A stretch of DNA of 57,742 bases, the filler included, from Bipalium vagum (Eukaryota): the NCBI GenBank assembly GCA_037834085.1. It is 3 parts of 3 records of this genome, joined end to end, with 100 filler letters (N's around TTAATTAATTAA, not from the genome) between each part and the next. Parts side by side here need not be neighbours in the genome. Positions count along the whole stretch, not along the records: positions 1 to 23,456 come from JBBMKC010208820.1; positions 23,557 to 39,430 come from JBBMKC010141003.1; 1 more part is not named here. One strand, written 5' to 3'. A program made the translations under genes and the position numbers. Within the stretch, counting starts at the first letter, position 1, and each line of letters opens with the position of its first letter. Below are positions 21,701 through 35,600 of this stretch, piece by piece. The notes under the pieces are model-generated. The model was not told where the DNA came from and did not search any database. It worked only from the letters and a program-made list of their open reading frames with translations.

Positions 21701-22942
21701 CCTGGTTAGTCAATAAGTTCTCTTGTTCGTTAAGAGACTGCGCTACTAAGTTGGTCGTTTTATTTTTAAAAAATTATGATACTTCATGAATACGTGTGGA
21801 CTTGCATCGATAATTTGTCAATTCTTTCCATCTTTAGAAGATATTTGAAATTTAGCTATAATTGATTTTTTTAATATAGAGAAACTTGAATATCAGCGAT
21901 AAAATTCTTATTTTTGGAAGGTTTAGAACCAAAACAAATTTATAGAAAGTTTTTAAAAGTGTAAAAGGACTCTTCACCTTCAATAAGAACAGTAGAAAGA
22001 CGGGTTTCTGAATTTAAAAGTGGGCGTACATGCATTGCAGACTAACCACGTGAAGTACGACAAAAAAGTGTATCGTCACTAGAAATTATAGAGAACGTAC
22101 AGGATTTTCTTTAGAAAATCGTCGACTAACTTTGGATGATATACCTGACATCATCACTTTCTCATAGCACATCATATTTTAATTGAAATTTTAGGTTTCA
22201 GAAACCTATATGCACAATGGGTGCTGCATTAGCTAACAATGGAACAAAAACACATTCGAATAGGATTTTTTCAGTAACATTTGGAGCTTTTTCGAAAGAA
22301 TAAAAAGATTTTTGTACGTCGATTCATCATCATGGATAAAACTTGGGTTTACTACGATGATCCTGAATCCAAACAAGAAGATAAGGAGTGGTGTGAACTT
22401 GGCTGATCGGCTCCGAAGCAAGTTCCTGTTCAAAAATCGTCCAAGAAGTTCTCAACCTCAGTATTTTGAGATGCAAAGGGATTTTACCGATGAATGATCT
22501 TCAAACTGAAAAAACAATTAACTCTGAATATTATTAAAACATTTTGGATAAATTGGACGATGAAATTCGTGAAAAAAGACTCATTTTCCATCAAGACAAT
22601 GTACCCGCTCAAGCAGCTCAAAAAACCACCGGGAAGATCACTGATTTGTAGTATGAATTGTTGCAACATCCAGCCTATTCACCAGATTTATTTTCCTTCG
22701 ACTTCTGGTTCTTTTCACACCTTAAAAAATTTATGCTTGGAAAGCATTTTTCATCAAACGAAGAGGCAATAGCAGCCGTAGTAGAGTATTTTGAAGATCC
22801 TCCGGAAAACCACTACAGTTATGGAATCCATAATTTAGAGGAACGTTGTAATAATTATGTTTCGCTTCTATGAAAATATACTGAATTAAAATAAATAAAA
22901 TTGTTTTTATAATTGAACGACAAAACTCATTGACTGACCTAG
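21701..22942 (+). mobile_element. Full-length decayed mariner (Himar/irritans-like TIRs)
   Basis: TA|cctggttagtcaataagttc ... aactcattgactgacctag|TA. Encodes EFKSGRT, CAQWVLH, ITMDKTWVY, FHQDN and HPAYSPDLFSFDFWFF. Confidence 0.9.
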
Positions 22943-23376
22943 TACTGATCATTCGCGTTCATTATTAAGATTCACTCATTCAATTTTAATGTACATAATT
23001 CGTCTAAAAGTATTCGTGATTTGAAGTCGCAAATGAATTTTAAACCAGCTGAAATAGCGCCGTTCAATAAAAACTTTAAAAATGTTTAAGTTTATTGTTT
23101 TCGATAACACTACCCGACATTGCAAAAATCACATACATGAGATAAATATAAAATATGTGAAAATTATACGCCGATTACGAATCTGTAGTCCTATCTTTCA
23201 TATCAGACCCAAATTACTAGATGCAGACCAAAATCTATCAAAATCGATATTTTTAATTTAAGTCAAATTCATACTCCATAATAAATCTTACTAGAAGATT
23301 GTTTAAGTTTGTTTAACTATTATAATTAATTTAACTAACAGTGCGTAAGACTTAAATCCTAGTGTTGGGTTTTAGA

Positions 23377-23379
23377 ATA

Positions 23380-23452
<73 letters not shown>

Positions 23453-23556
23453 TAATNNNNNNNNNNNNNNNNNNNNNNNNNNNNNNNNNNNNNNNNNNNN
23501 TTAATTAATTAANNNNNNNNNNNNNNNNNNNNNNNNNNNNNNNNNNNNNNNNNNNN

Positions 23557-23602
<46 letters not shown>
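23377..23602. repeat. (AAT)n microsatellite flanking an artificial linker gap
   Basis: Tandem AAT on both sides of 23457-23556. Confidence 0.85.
23457..23556. other. Artificial contig-joining linker (44N-TTAATTAATTAA-44N)
   Basis: Exactly 100 nt with a central palindrome giving stops in all six frames. Identical structure at 39431-39530. Confidence 0.95.
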
Positions 23603-23604
<2 letters not shown>

Positions 23605-23789
23605 CAATAATCACAAAAAATTAACTTACATATACCTTTCTTTATTATGTTAAGGTTAAATATAATTACTTATAATTAATTTAATTATAATATTATTATT
23701 TAATCACAATACCAGAGTCTTATTTTCTTTATTAATATCACTTTTCATAGAGTTGAAAAGCACACCAATTGATCTAATATCAGAGTCTA

Positions 23790-23970
23790 TACTTTCTTTT
23801 GAATACAAATTCGGCAATATATCAATCAAAATTTTGTCTATTTCTATAAGAATTAGAACTCAGAAAATGTTTCAACCTCATCCACAAATTTTCAATTATT
23901 TGTGTATGAGCATCTGTTTGAGGATCTACAAAGTTTTCTGAATGATACTCGCTATCCGTCAGTCATAAAT
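23790..23970 (-). mobile_element. Merlin (IS1016-like DDE) transposase C-terminal fragment
   Basis: MTDG*..HSENFVDPQTDAHTQIIENLWMRLK...YIAEFVFKR matches the Merlin NHS.NFVDP.TG.HTQ.IE..W...YL.EF..R motif. Confidence 0.85.
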
Positions 23971-24089
23971 TAAGTATCATTTGAATATGATGGATAATTA
24001 AATGTCGCATTCTGATTCAATCTCGTTTTGAAACATTTAATTACCCTATAAAAAGTGTCTTATATTTATCCTTAATCCTTTATTATCTT

Positions 24090-25114
24090 TTTACATAAAA
24101 ATTGCATAATTTGGTTTATTATCTATCTCATCTTAGAATTCCAGCCTTTCAGAAAATGCTACATTAATCTAAAGAAATAGAAATCTAATTGAGCAGTTTC
24201 AGGGTCGATATACGGGTGTTTAAGAAGTTATCACCCAGACTCCATAATCTTCTCATGAGTGATTTTAGCCATTTGCATTGTCTCCATGGAGTATGAATCC
24301 TTTTCTATTTATCAGCGCCGTCCGTTTCTTAATTAAAGCCTGTCTCAAATGATCTAATTACTGGCAATATATTTGACAGTGACTGTTTGGTCTAGTATAA
24401 CTATTCCACCAGAGACACAACACTACTTTCTCCTGGTTAAACCTACTTTAGCTGTAGTTAGCAGAAATTTATCTTTGCTTATCTATTGGTCTCTGTTGTA
24501 TGGATTGACATAGAGAATCAATTTCTCATCCCCAGTCACTACACGATTCCAAAATGGACACAATTTCTGTCTGACAAGTAATAAAGACAAGAGTGTAATT
24601 CTATGCATAAGGTTATTTTGAGACAGTTTGTGAATAACCCAAATAGTATTCAATAAAAACTTCCCAATAGACTTTAAATGGGTTAAAACTGTTTTGTAAT
24701 GTGTGCAAAGAAATTACAAGACGTCATAGCTGATTAATTGTCTCAAAGCATTGCGTCCAGTTCTTCAGGATGACCTGACTTGGTAGATTCTCAAGATCAA
24801 AATTGTTTCATCTGAAGCGAACAAACCATTCGTGAAATGTCCTTTCATATACAGAATTTGGATATACTGCATATATATCTCGGACAGTCTCCTAAACACT
24901 AATCCGCGGTGAAACTTAGAGCATCACAATTCTAATGTAAGGATCACATGAAGACATGATCTTAAAATCATTCTGTAAAAATAATTTTTTAATGATTATA
25001 AATCAAAGACCATACCTAGATTTATTGATTAATTTATCAAATTATTAAGACTAATATTAATGATACAATATTTATTAATAAAATAAATCTGTGTAAACAT
25101 TCTAACCAACCTAA
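24090..25114 (-). mobile_element. Decayed mariner
   Basis: WVIHKLSQNNLMHRIT...PFWNRVVTGDEK. The 5' TIR reads ...ctaaccaacctaa|TA on the + strand. Confidence 0.8.
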
Positions 25115-25286
25115 TATTATTAAATCATTTATTTTAAATTTCATTAACTTTGTTAAATTCTTAAAACTTATACAAAAAAATTTCTTAATTATGCAGAAAA
25201 AAGGAACTTAAAATATGGCGAAATTGTAGAATATGCGATAATGCTAAATATATTAATATAATAAATTAAGTGATGAAAAAAATATA

Positions 25287-26520
25287 CATTGCTGAAAAAT
25301 AATCCATGTTCACACCAAAATAATAAACAAAATAATAGAAAACTTGATATTTATTTATTTTTATTCAAAAATATTCAAACACACTTAATATTAGAATTCA
25401 TAAAAACTGGAATTTCACATGCACCGGCAATATTTTGTTTGCAGACCTTTGGATGCAATAACTGTCTGTACACACCAAGTTGTGGGTTTTCTATGGAGTG
25501 ATGAGCTTCCATGCATTATTTAACTAATTAAATAGTTGTTCTGGACTGCTTGGTTTCTTTTCTTGTACCTTCCTAAAGAGAATATTCTATAGGTGTTCAT
25601 TCGGATTTAAGTCTTAGCTTTGGGCTGACCAATCCAAAACTTCCACATGTGTCCGAGCAAGAAAGTCAGTGACCAGTTTAGCCTTATGACTTGGAGCATT
25701 GTCGTGCTGAAAAATAAATGGTTTGTTACGGCCAAATAACTCTCTTTTCGATGGCAACATTTGATTCTTCAGAACATCTATATACAAATGTTGATTCATA
25801 ATCTCGGTGCAGTGGAATAGGTGACCAAATCCAGCCATGGACATGCACCTGCACACCATGAGTGGATCTCTTCCAAATTTCACTGTTGGATTGATATATG
25901 CTGGTAAGTGTTTTTCATTTTTTCTTCTTCGTACAAAGATACGTCTATCTCCACAAAATAATTTGAACAACCTCTCATCACTCCAAAGAATGTCCTTCCA
26001 TTGGTATACTGTCCATGACAAGTGGTCGAGAGCGAAAGTTAACCTCTTCTTACGATTAGTCTCTGTTCCAGAAACTATATAGTAATTGTTAAATTCAATT
26101 TTTAGTTCAGAGGATGTTAGACCCCGGTTTTTGAAACGTGCGGAATAAGGCACATTCATCTTTAATCGAATATTTTTTTGGTCTACATGATCTAACTTTG
26201 TTTTTTACAGTACATGTTTCACGTACTTTCTTCATAATTCTAGTGACTGTTCTGACAGCAACTTTGAGTTTTTTGCGATTTTACGATAGCTTAGTCCAAA
26301 TTCCGCCATCACCATCAATTTTGTACATTCATCAATAGTTAATTTATACGCTTCTGTCATTTATTAGAAAATCTAAAATAGGCTAGTTTAGACAAATTCT
26401 TTATCTATTTTTTATAAAAAATAACCATTAGTCATCAAAAACTAATGATATGCATTATGTTTTATGTCTTATAATATTATGTAGTATTATTTGATTGTGG
26501 AATAACTTTTTTCAGCAGTG
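25287..26520 (-). mobile_element. Tc1 (DD34E) transposon, full length with TIRs, pseudogenised
   Basis: TA|cattgctgaaaaa ... tttttcagcagtg|TA. Encodes WKDILWSDE, PTVKFG, FIFQHDNAPSHKAK and LDWSAQS*DLNP.EHL. Confidence 0.9.
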
Positions 26521-26686
26521 TATATGACTTAAATATTAAATTTAAGTCTTAAGAATTTAATATTTTCTGATTAATTTATTTTTCAAATTCATTTTTTATT
26601 TCTACAATGAAAATGTGATTACGTTAAAGAATACTTGTTCTCAGTTTTAAAAAAATACTTTATTATTAATTTTCAATTTTCTTTAG

Positions 26687-29600
26687 ACAAAAATAGTAGT
26701 TGCTGGAGACCTTTTAAGTTGGACTATTCTTAAGCCACCTGGAGAATTTGGTGTTGACATAGTAGTTGGGTCCAGTCAAAGATTTGGAGTACCTATGGGT
26801 TATGGAGGACCTCATGCTGCATTTTTTGCTTGTAAAAATGAACTAGTTCGATATATGCCTGGAAGAGTGGTTGGAGTATCAAAGTAAAAAATTAATTGAG
26901 TGATTATTAATTATCATTAAGCAATAATAATTAATTAGAATTTAATTTATAATATAACTATGCAGCATACTTTGAGTTAAAGATCTGCATAATCAATTTT
27001 GTTTTAAATTGATATTAAATTAAGTAGTTAAATATAGATCATTTTCATAATATTTAATTTGATCTTGATCAGTTATGTTTGGCAAATGAATAAAACCTGT
27101 TTTTTAAAAGATAAGTACAGTCAAGGTTTCATCAATTTTTAAAATAATGTTGAGTTATTAGATATAGCTAAGGTATTTCTGGCAACTTTTTTATAACTCA
27201 ACACAAAACTCTAAAGTAATTGATTAAGAGAACGTGTTTGTGTGTAAAATATATTAGTGATATGACAGTCACAATGTCTGAAATAACTGAGATACTTCCT
27301 TACTTTACTAAAATTGTATTTGTTATTTATTTATAGGACAGATGATTATTGACTAGAAATATCCTGCATAATATTAAATATCAGAAAAGTTTGCAGATTG
27401 TCATCTAATAGTTTTATAAGTTTTGGGTCAAAGAGGTTCTATATTTTTTTTTATCCTTGAGCGATTTTTTATTGTAATGAATTGATTTCAAATAAAACTT
27501 AATATTATTTGGTAATGTCAGTGATCCAAAATGATATTGCCAGGGTTATTAAATTTACAATTTTCGTTTAATTATAATATTCACTCATTTTCTTCTTTGG
27601 TTAATTGGTTGACAAATATAAAAATTGTTTACCATTACTTTTCTGGTTAATTTCATGACAAACTTTTGTTACATTTTTGAGCATATAATGAAATTTTCTG
27701 TTTTTCTTTTTCTCCCTGTCTTTTTATATTAAAATTTCTAAACAAGTTATTAGTTACTAAACATTAGTTACTAAATGTAAATGTAAATTCTTTCTATTTT
27801 ATCCTATTAAACTTTTTAATAATTAAAGTAACTAAAGTTAATCTCTTTTTATAATCTATTTTTAGTAAATTAATCATTTACTATTTATTACATCTTCAAT
27901 TGATTTTAATTATATTCATATAATAATGATTATTATATTTATAACATTTTTAACTATATTGATTTATTATATTTTTTAATATTTAATTGAAGTATTAATA
28001 TTATATTAAATCGAATACAATACACCATATATAAAATTATTACAGATTACATTATGTAAAGATCAAAATAATCAAATTGTCACACCAATTTGAAATCCAC
28101 TTCAATTAGATCCGTTGGTTAATTTTATTTCTTTGAATTTTATTTTATCTTTGGACTTATCTATTGTTGTTGGGAGCCTCCACAATAACATTGATTTTTT
28201 GTCAATCAAAAATTTTTATTTCACACAAAATTATTTCGTAATTGGAAAATATGAAAATTTATTTCTTAATTACAATTTCATTTATTTTTCTAACAGGAAG
28301 TTTTCAAGTTGGAATAAATTTTAGAGAAATCACCAGTCTTTGGGAAGATATCATTTACAGAATTTTTATTTTATGAGCATAGAATGCGTGGTGTTAGGAA
28401 TGCCTACAGAATCTTTGCAGTGAAGATGTACAACACCGAAGCATCAACAAACGTGATAATAGACACTTTCATCTTCTAGCTGGAAGAGATAGATTTAAGT
28501 GGTAAGGTTAATAAATAATTAGACTCTACCAGAAATATTAAGGATACTAAAATAAAATTTTGCATGGCATATGATAATCATATGTAAGTATGAAATAAAC
28601 TTTTTGGTTTAAATATTCAAATTTTTGTTTGCATTAGGATTAGATTAATTCAAAAAATGTGTATTTTCTAAGTGTAATGTTTTTTATTTCTCGAGGGATC
28701 TGACAAGAAAATAATGATTAATCAGCTTCAAGAGATATAGATTGAAAAGACCACATCTCAGTTGACCAATTATAAGGGAATTCGAGAATTTTCACCTGGT
28801 TCAGAAAAAAATATTTCAATGAAATCAAAAGAAGACCTGTCGAAATTAGTCAAGAAATTACTATAAATTGAAGGATATTGTGACAAATAAACGACAATTT
28901 ACTCAAGTGCAGCTATCTGAGTGGCTAAATATATGCAAAAGAACCGATCAGTTGCTTCCAGAGTGGATGGGGTCAAATTTTTTATCGAATATAATAATTA
29001 AAGCGACGAGACGCCATTGAGTCTCTACTTTCCCTACCGTAAGAGTCAAGGGAATGGTTTTTCGAAAATGAGAAACCATATAAGGTCTAGTAAATCTGCC
29101 AGGTTGAACATCTTTTAGAATAAACGTTATCTTGAAGCTAGTTTAAGTATATATCTGTGAATCTCTTAGAAATTAGCAGTTCTAAGTTTTAATGACTTTT
29201 TAAAATTTTAAATGTTATAAATTTAATTTACAATTGTCTTTAGAGATTGAAATATATTATATTAAAAAATGTATAAATCAAATGAAAAATGTATGAAATG
29301 AATTATTTTGAAAATACAATAAGCACGCATATTCTTATTACTCAAGAGATGTAAATGGGAAACCAGCCTATAGGCTAGCTTTGCAAACAAGAGAGCAACA
29401 TATTAGAAGAGATAAAGCTACAAGCAATATTTGTACTGCTCAATCATTATTAGCAAATATGGCAGCCATGTATAGTGTTTATCATGGACCGAAAGGTTTA
29501 AAAGAAATAGCTAATCGCATACATCTTCAAACTTTGGTTTTGGCCGAAGGTTGCATTACTGCGGGACATAAAGTACGAATCTTAAAATTATTATATATAT

Positions 29601-32600
29601 TAGATTTTTTAACAGATTCTTAATGATGGTTTGATTTTTGATACTTTACACATAAAACCTGGCGGAGAAGATAAAAATTTACAAATTCATGCATTCAACA
29701 TTATACAAAAGCGAGCGGAAAAGTTAGAAATAAATTTACAATACCGGCCAGATTTCAGCGTAACATTTTTAAAGAAATTTTTAATTTGATAAAAATTTTT
29801 TTCAGGTTGTTGTTAGCCTTGATGAATCTGTAACTTACAATGATTTAAATGATTTGCTTTCAATATTTGGATGTCCGAGACCTGCAGTAACTATTTAGTT
29901 TTTTATGGATTATTTTTTTAAACAATTTTGTCTTAACAGATAATGCTATATAGTTTAATTGATGAATTTTAAATATTAAACACATTAATAAGAATAGAGT
30001 AATAATAACAAATAAAGATCTAGTGATATTACTGTAATCTTCTTGATAAAAAGGAAATAAAAATGATAGTAAACATGTAACACATAATCAATGCACATCT
30101 TTATTGCATGATAACAAAAAACTAAATTAGGAACTTTAATTTGCTGCTTGTAGTACACCTTTTAATAATTCTTAGCTGTATCGACTTTCAGGAAAAAATA
30201 TTTCATATAAAAACTTAAGTGTTTCACGAATAGTCTGAATTTGTCAATATTAATTGAAATTACTTTCAATGACTTTACTTTTCATATTAATTAATAATAA
30301 TTTCACGCATAATTATGACATTCTCTTCTACAGTTCTCGTTCTTGGTCTTCTTGAACCTTCTTTTCTCTCCAAAAGTGTTCTCCTGGAAACTCTTTGGCA
30401 TTTTGCTGTACTCTACAAAGACTGGCGACGTTCTTTACTCCCCGACTTTCGGCAAAAGTTATTTCGGCCGATAAGTTATTTCATGTTAAATTTGCAATGA
30501 AGAAATTTATGCTGCATTGCTTTGCCTTCATATTTCAGACATAATCAAATATAATCGATTCATTTGAATTTAAATCTTGAACTTACCACCATAGACTTCT
30601 TAACTATACTAATATTTCTGATTAATAAATTTATTGTTATGACATTTAATTTTGTTTTTTATAATTACTTGAATATCAAGAATAATTATTTAAAGGGGAT
30701 GGGATTATTATGAAAATCTGTCTATTTTTATTAAGAGACAGGCATTATTTCAGGTTTTAGAGTATATCTTTATTCTTTAATATATTTAGGATTTTTAAAT
30801 ATAAAATTCTTTATAATATTCAAAATTGTCTATATAGGTATGTAGTACGTATCCTAAGTATCCGGACTAGGTATGAAAGGTAACACATAAGCAACCAGTT
30901 TTACTTAAAATGAATAACTAGAAAATATACATTAATATACATTCTCACACTCTGAAATGAATTTCAATACTGTTTCCTTTAAATCCTCAAACTCGGAAAT
31001 CCAATAATATATAGTCGTTTTTGTAGTACATTTATCCCCGTACGTATCAGATAGTTTACTGTGAACATTGTCATTCGATTCTCAACACAAGACGAGGAAT
31101 TTGATGAAGCTTTTATATTCAATTGAATCAATCTTTTTTAATTCACTTATTTAGTACAAAAGATATGGTAAATAAAAAAATTCCATTTTCATTAACTATA
31201 TAAATTGTTTTCAAATATAATCAATTCATCAATTTACAATTATATTTTACGTAATACTTACTCGTAATACTCAGTCCGGGTATTTAGGATACTAGCCAAG
31301 TATCTAAAATCTATCTTCAATCAAATATAGAGTTATTATCTTATATCAATTTGATTAAAGTTTCATATCTTTATACAAAATAATACAAATTTCATTTAAT
31401 TTATTAAATATTGAGATTTATATTTGTTATACAGAATAATTTGTAAAATGATTAGTTGAAGATATTTTCTCATTTCTTTACTTAGACTTAAATTAATCCA
31501 CAAAAATCTTCTAATTCTTAAAAAAGCTATTTATAATTTATTTCTTAGACCGAAATTGTTAATAATTTTACTGATGAGATATCCAAATTGCGAATTGAAA
31601 CTAGTAATCTGGTTCGGACTAGTACCTATTTGGAACATCCAGTATTTAATAGTCACCATTCTGAAACATGTTTGATCCGATATATGAAGCAGTTGGAAAA
31701 TAAGGATATATCTTTGGTCCATTCAATGATTCCACTCGGATCTTGTACAATGAAATTAAATAGTACTGTAGAGTTAAATGTATGTTCTTTCAATATGCAG
31801 ATTAATTTTTGATTACCTTTTGAATTTTTATTAAAATTGTGAAATCAACATGATCTAAAAAAAGCAAACTAATTTTGAGTCTGTTAAAATGTTTACGTAA
31901 TAAATTTTACGTAATAAACCATTAACTTTTTCAGAAATTAAATAAAGGAAAATGAATAATTAGACATTTCTTTTTTATGGATTTTGGTATCCATAATAAA
32001 TTAATTTTGTGAAAATAATCATTCCATTTATAGTCCGAATGTAATTTTTGACTATAAATTTATTTTTATTCACTAATATGTACATCAAAGAGGAAGATTT
32101 TTAAAATTCAAAGTATAAAATTCTATATTTATCTTTTTCTTAAATATTAGATTAGTAATTTTTTAATGTATTTTTAAAATTTTTATATTAGTTTTTATAA
32201 GATAATTAACATATTTTAATCTTATACGTCTAAGCCGCAGAATTTGTATGTTTTGTATATAATTCATTGTATATAAATAAGTTTACATAATTTTTTATTG
32301 ATTACATGAATTCGGATTTAAGTGCCGAAGTTTTGAAAGTTGTACTATTAATTAAAAATTTTTAATTAGTCCATGAAATATTTTTCATCCAATTAATTTT
32401 GATTCGAAATGTAAAAAAATAATCTTTTAATAAAGTTAGTGCTGATTGAATTAGTGTTTTTCAAAAAATTTAACTATTGTCTTAATTATTTTAAAATAAA
32501 TAAAATATGTTAAATACGATAAAAATATATTTGAAAAATTTAAATAAACATTTTAAAATTAAAATAATAATATAATAATTTAATATAGTTGAAAGTGAAC

Positions 32601-35600
32601 ATTATCACACACAAAAATCATATTTTTCTATTTTTCCTTTAATTTATTGATAATTTTAGACATAACATCTAAGTGGCTGTCAATTTTTAAGCTGACTTAT
32701 TAACTTTATACTATTTTAGTTTCTTTAGTAATAGAAGCTGAAATAGAATTTTTTTCTTCGAATTGTTGAAACTCTCTTGGTGTTTAACTACATATGCTCT
32801 TCTATATCTTTTTATCAGAAAAATTTACTCACATTTCATCCACACATAACTTTATCAATATTGATCTCAAGCATTCTTCTTGCATAATGAAATCTTTAAG
32901 TAATGTTAGTTTCAATATTTCTTTCAGGAATTAATTCTACGGCATAAAGCTAATTTCAATTTTTATCATCCTATGTATTATTGCAATTGACACACCCCCT
33001 CCAGTTACATTAATTATGGTTTTTTAAAGATGATTTAATGTTATCGAACAAATTATAGACCAATCACATTATGCACCATCGGGATTAGACCAATTTATTC
33101 CTCCCATTGCAGTTGACATCTGCCAACGGAGCACAGAAAAAATTCCAAAACCCACAAAACAAAATAAAAAGAAATTTCACAAAAGTGTCCAGCAAACAAC
33201 GGCAAAGAGGCGACTCCATGGGGGCAAACTATGACAAAATAAATCAGATTTACACCAACCATATGGTAGCACGAAATGTGCAGAACACTATCCACAAATT
33301 TGAGGGGAGAACACGGAAGGCAACACGACCAAACACATAAAAAAGACAAAACAACCCGGAGCACTGAATGGCTTGGTGGTCGTCCGTAGGCGGGGTTGGG
33401 TTGGTATTGATCTCTGGATATGGAATCGCAATTGAATCTTCACTATCAAACTGCTATATTATATCTCTTAAGACGCTTAAAATCTCAAGATACTAAACGT
33501 CAGCATTTAATCATGTTCTTCAGCAAGCTAGTATTAGTTGTGGAGGTAAGAGTAAATTATAAGGAGCAAATTTTCGGAATATATCGACCAGATACGGAGG
33601 TTTTGTAAATATCTTCTTGGTTGTACTAATTTAATTTTCAACGATAGAAAATAAATTTCTAATCTATAGAGCATTTGTGGGATGTACTTGGCAGGAAATT
33701 GCAAACGGATTATGTGGAATCACCTGTCTCCCTGGAATCTTTTAAAAATCGACCGAAAGAGTATTTTTTCGACAATATACCATGCCAAATTGCGGAATGT
33801 ACTTAAAAGAATCGTGGTCATACATCATAATGATCGAAATTTTATCAATAAATGTTTTGTTGACCATTATTTTTTTAAAAATATTAACTTTATAGAAATC
33901 GTAAACATCAAATTAATGTGTTTTTAGTTATTTTTCTGAGTTGGAGGATAACTTTGGCAAGCAGTATGTTTTGATTTATTAACAGAATTCCACATTGCAT
34001 CAAAGAAGTTATATTATTTTTCAGTAAAATAAATAAGTTTTTATTTCTACTTCACCAATTTTATTGTCAAACTTAAAGTAAAATTTCTTTTTAAGTGCAC
34101 TAAGAATAATTAATAATCATAAATTTTAAAAGAAATGTATATTAAATTAAGAGTTTTTTGTTTTATTTGCATTGTTAACTTAGTTTACAAAAAAACACGA
34201 AAAAAATAATTGTGCCCGTCGAATCATCAATAATTTAGAATGTGCTCCTCGGGACTAAAGAATTGGTGACCACTGTGCTATTGGATAACTTTTGCTACAT
34301 GAGCATAAGAAGTAGTGTACAATATTCTATTAGGCTGTAATATAATTTTTCGTGATTTTGAATATATATTTATAAGCAATAAAACATTTTATTTAAGAAT
34401 AATAATGAAATATCAATCGATAATGTAATTTTCGTAATTACTTAGGAACTTCTTCAATATTACCCAAAGTTTGTTAAAAATTTTATTCTAGGAATCGCTA
34501 GATCTACTCAGAAATCAAGTGGTCAACAACTTTATGTTCCTACTCAAAAGTAATATCCTTCATTTGGTTAGACAGAGAACGAAAATGAGAAAAATCTGCT
34601 GACACAAAACCGTGGTAGGGTTTTCAAGAAAATGTTAATCAAGTTAAAGATTATTGATATATGAGGTATATTTAGCATTTAAATAAATATTTCTATTTGA
34701 TTTTTAAATTTAAATTTAATATTTTTATTTCAAATTTTTCTCACTCAAAGTTATAGGTAAACAATATAAAAATTAATAAAATATAAAAATTATTTCATTT
34801 TCTTAATTCAGGATCTTGAAAATTCTAATCTTCAACTGAAAAATTATAGTATCAATAAGTGATAATTATTAATTTTCTAAGTTTAATCTGTTACATTAAT
34901 ATTTTTTCAAATCAACTTTTAGTTTTGTGAAATATTTTTCATTAATATAAATGGTATACTATGAAAATATTAGGCCTTAATCAAAAATAATTATATGTAA
35001 TCTATTTAAATGAATCTCAACCTAGGCTTGTTCCTGGCCAGAGTTTTCGCAGATACACCCATTTGTACCTGTTAGTCAAGTTCAGGGTTATGTTGAGTTA
35101 TTTAAGCAACTTGAAAGAGATCTTTGTGAAATAACTGGTTACGATAAATTTTCTTTACAACCAAATAGTGGAGCTCAAGGAGAATATGCAGGTCTAAGAG
35201 TTATATTGTCGTATTTCAACGCAATTGATCAATCGAATCGTAAAATATGTTTAATACCGACATCTGCTCATGGTACTAATCCTGCCAGTGCTCAGATGGC
35301 AGGGATGATCGTTAAGCCAGTTAAAGTAGATAAGAAAGGATCAGTTGATATGAAGGATCTGGAAACTCAAATTGAAAAGTATCGCAATGATCTCGCTGCT
35401 ATTATGGTTACATATCCAAGTACCAATGGGGTTTTCGATGAAGATATTAAAACTATATGTGACTTAATCCATCAAAGTGGTGGCCAAGTTTATCTTGATG
35501 GGGCTAATATGAATGCTCAGGTATAAGATGATCTTGGTGCAATTATATTTTGATTAAAATACCTTATGAACAGGTAGGACTGTGTAGACCCGGGGATTAT

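Noticed and set aside
23501-23512. TTAATTAATTAA palindrome as a biological site
   Set aside because: Centred in exactly 44+44 N on two occasions, so it is a synthetic spacer.
32700-33010. LINE APE endonuclease fragment (GGGVSIAI)
   Set aside because: Single short motif; insufficient to call.
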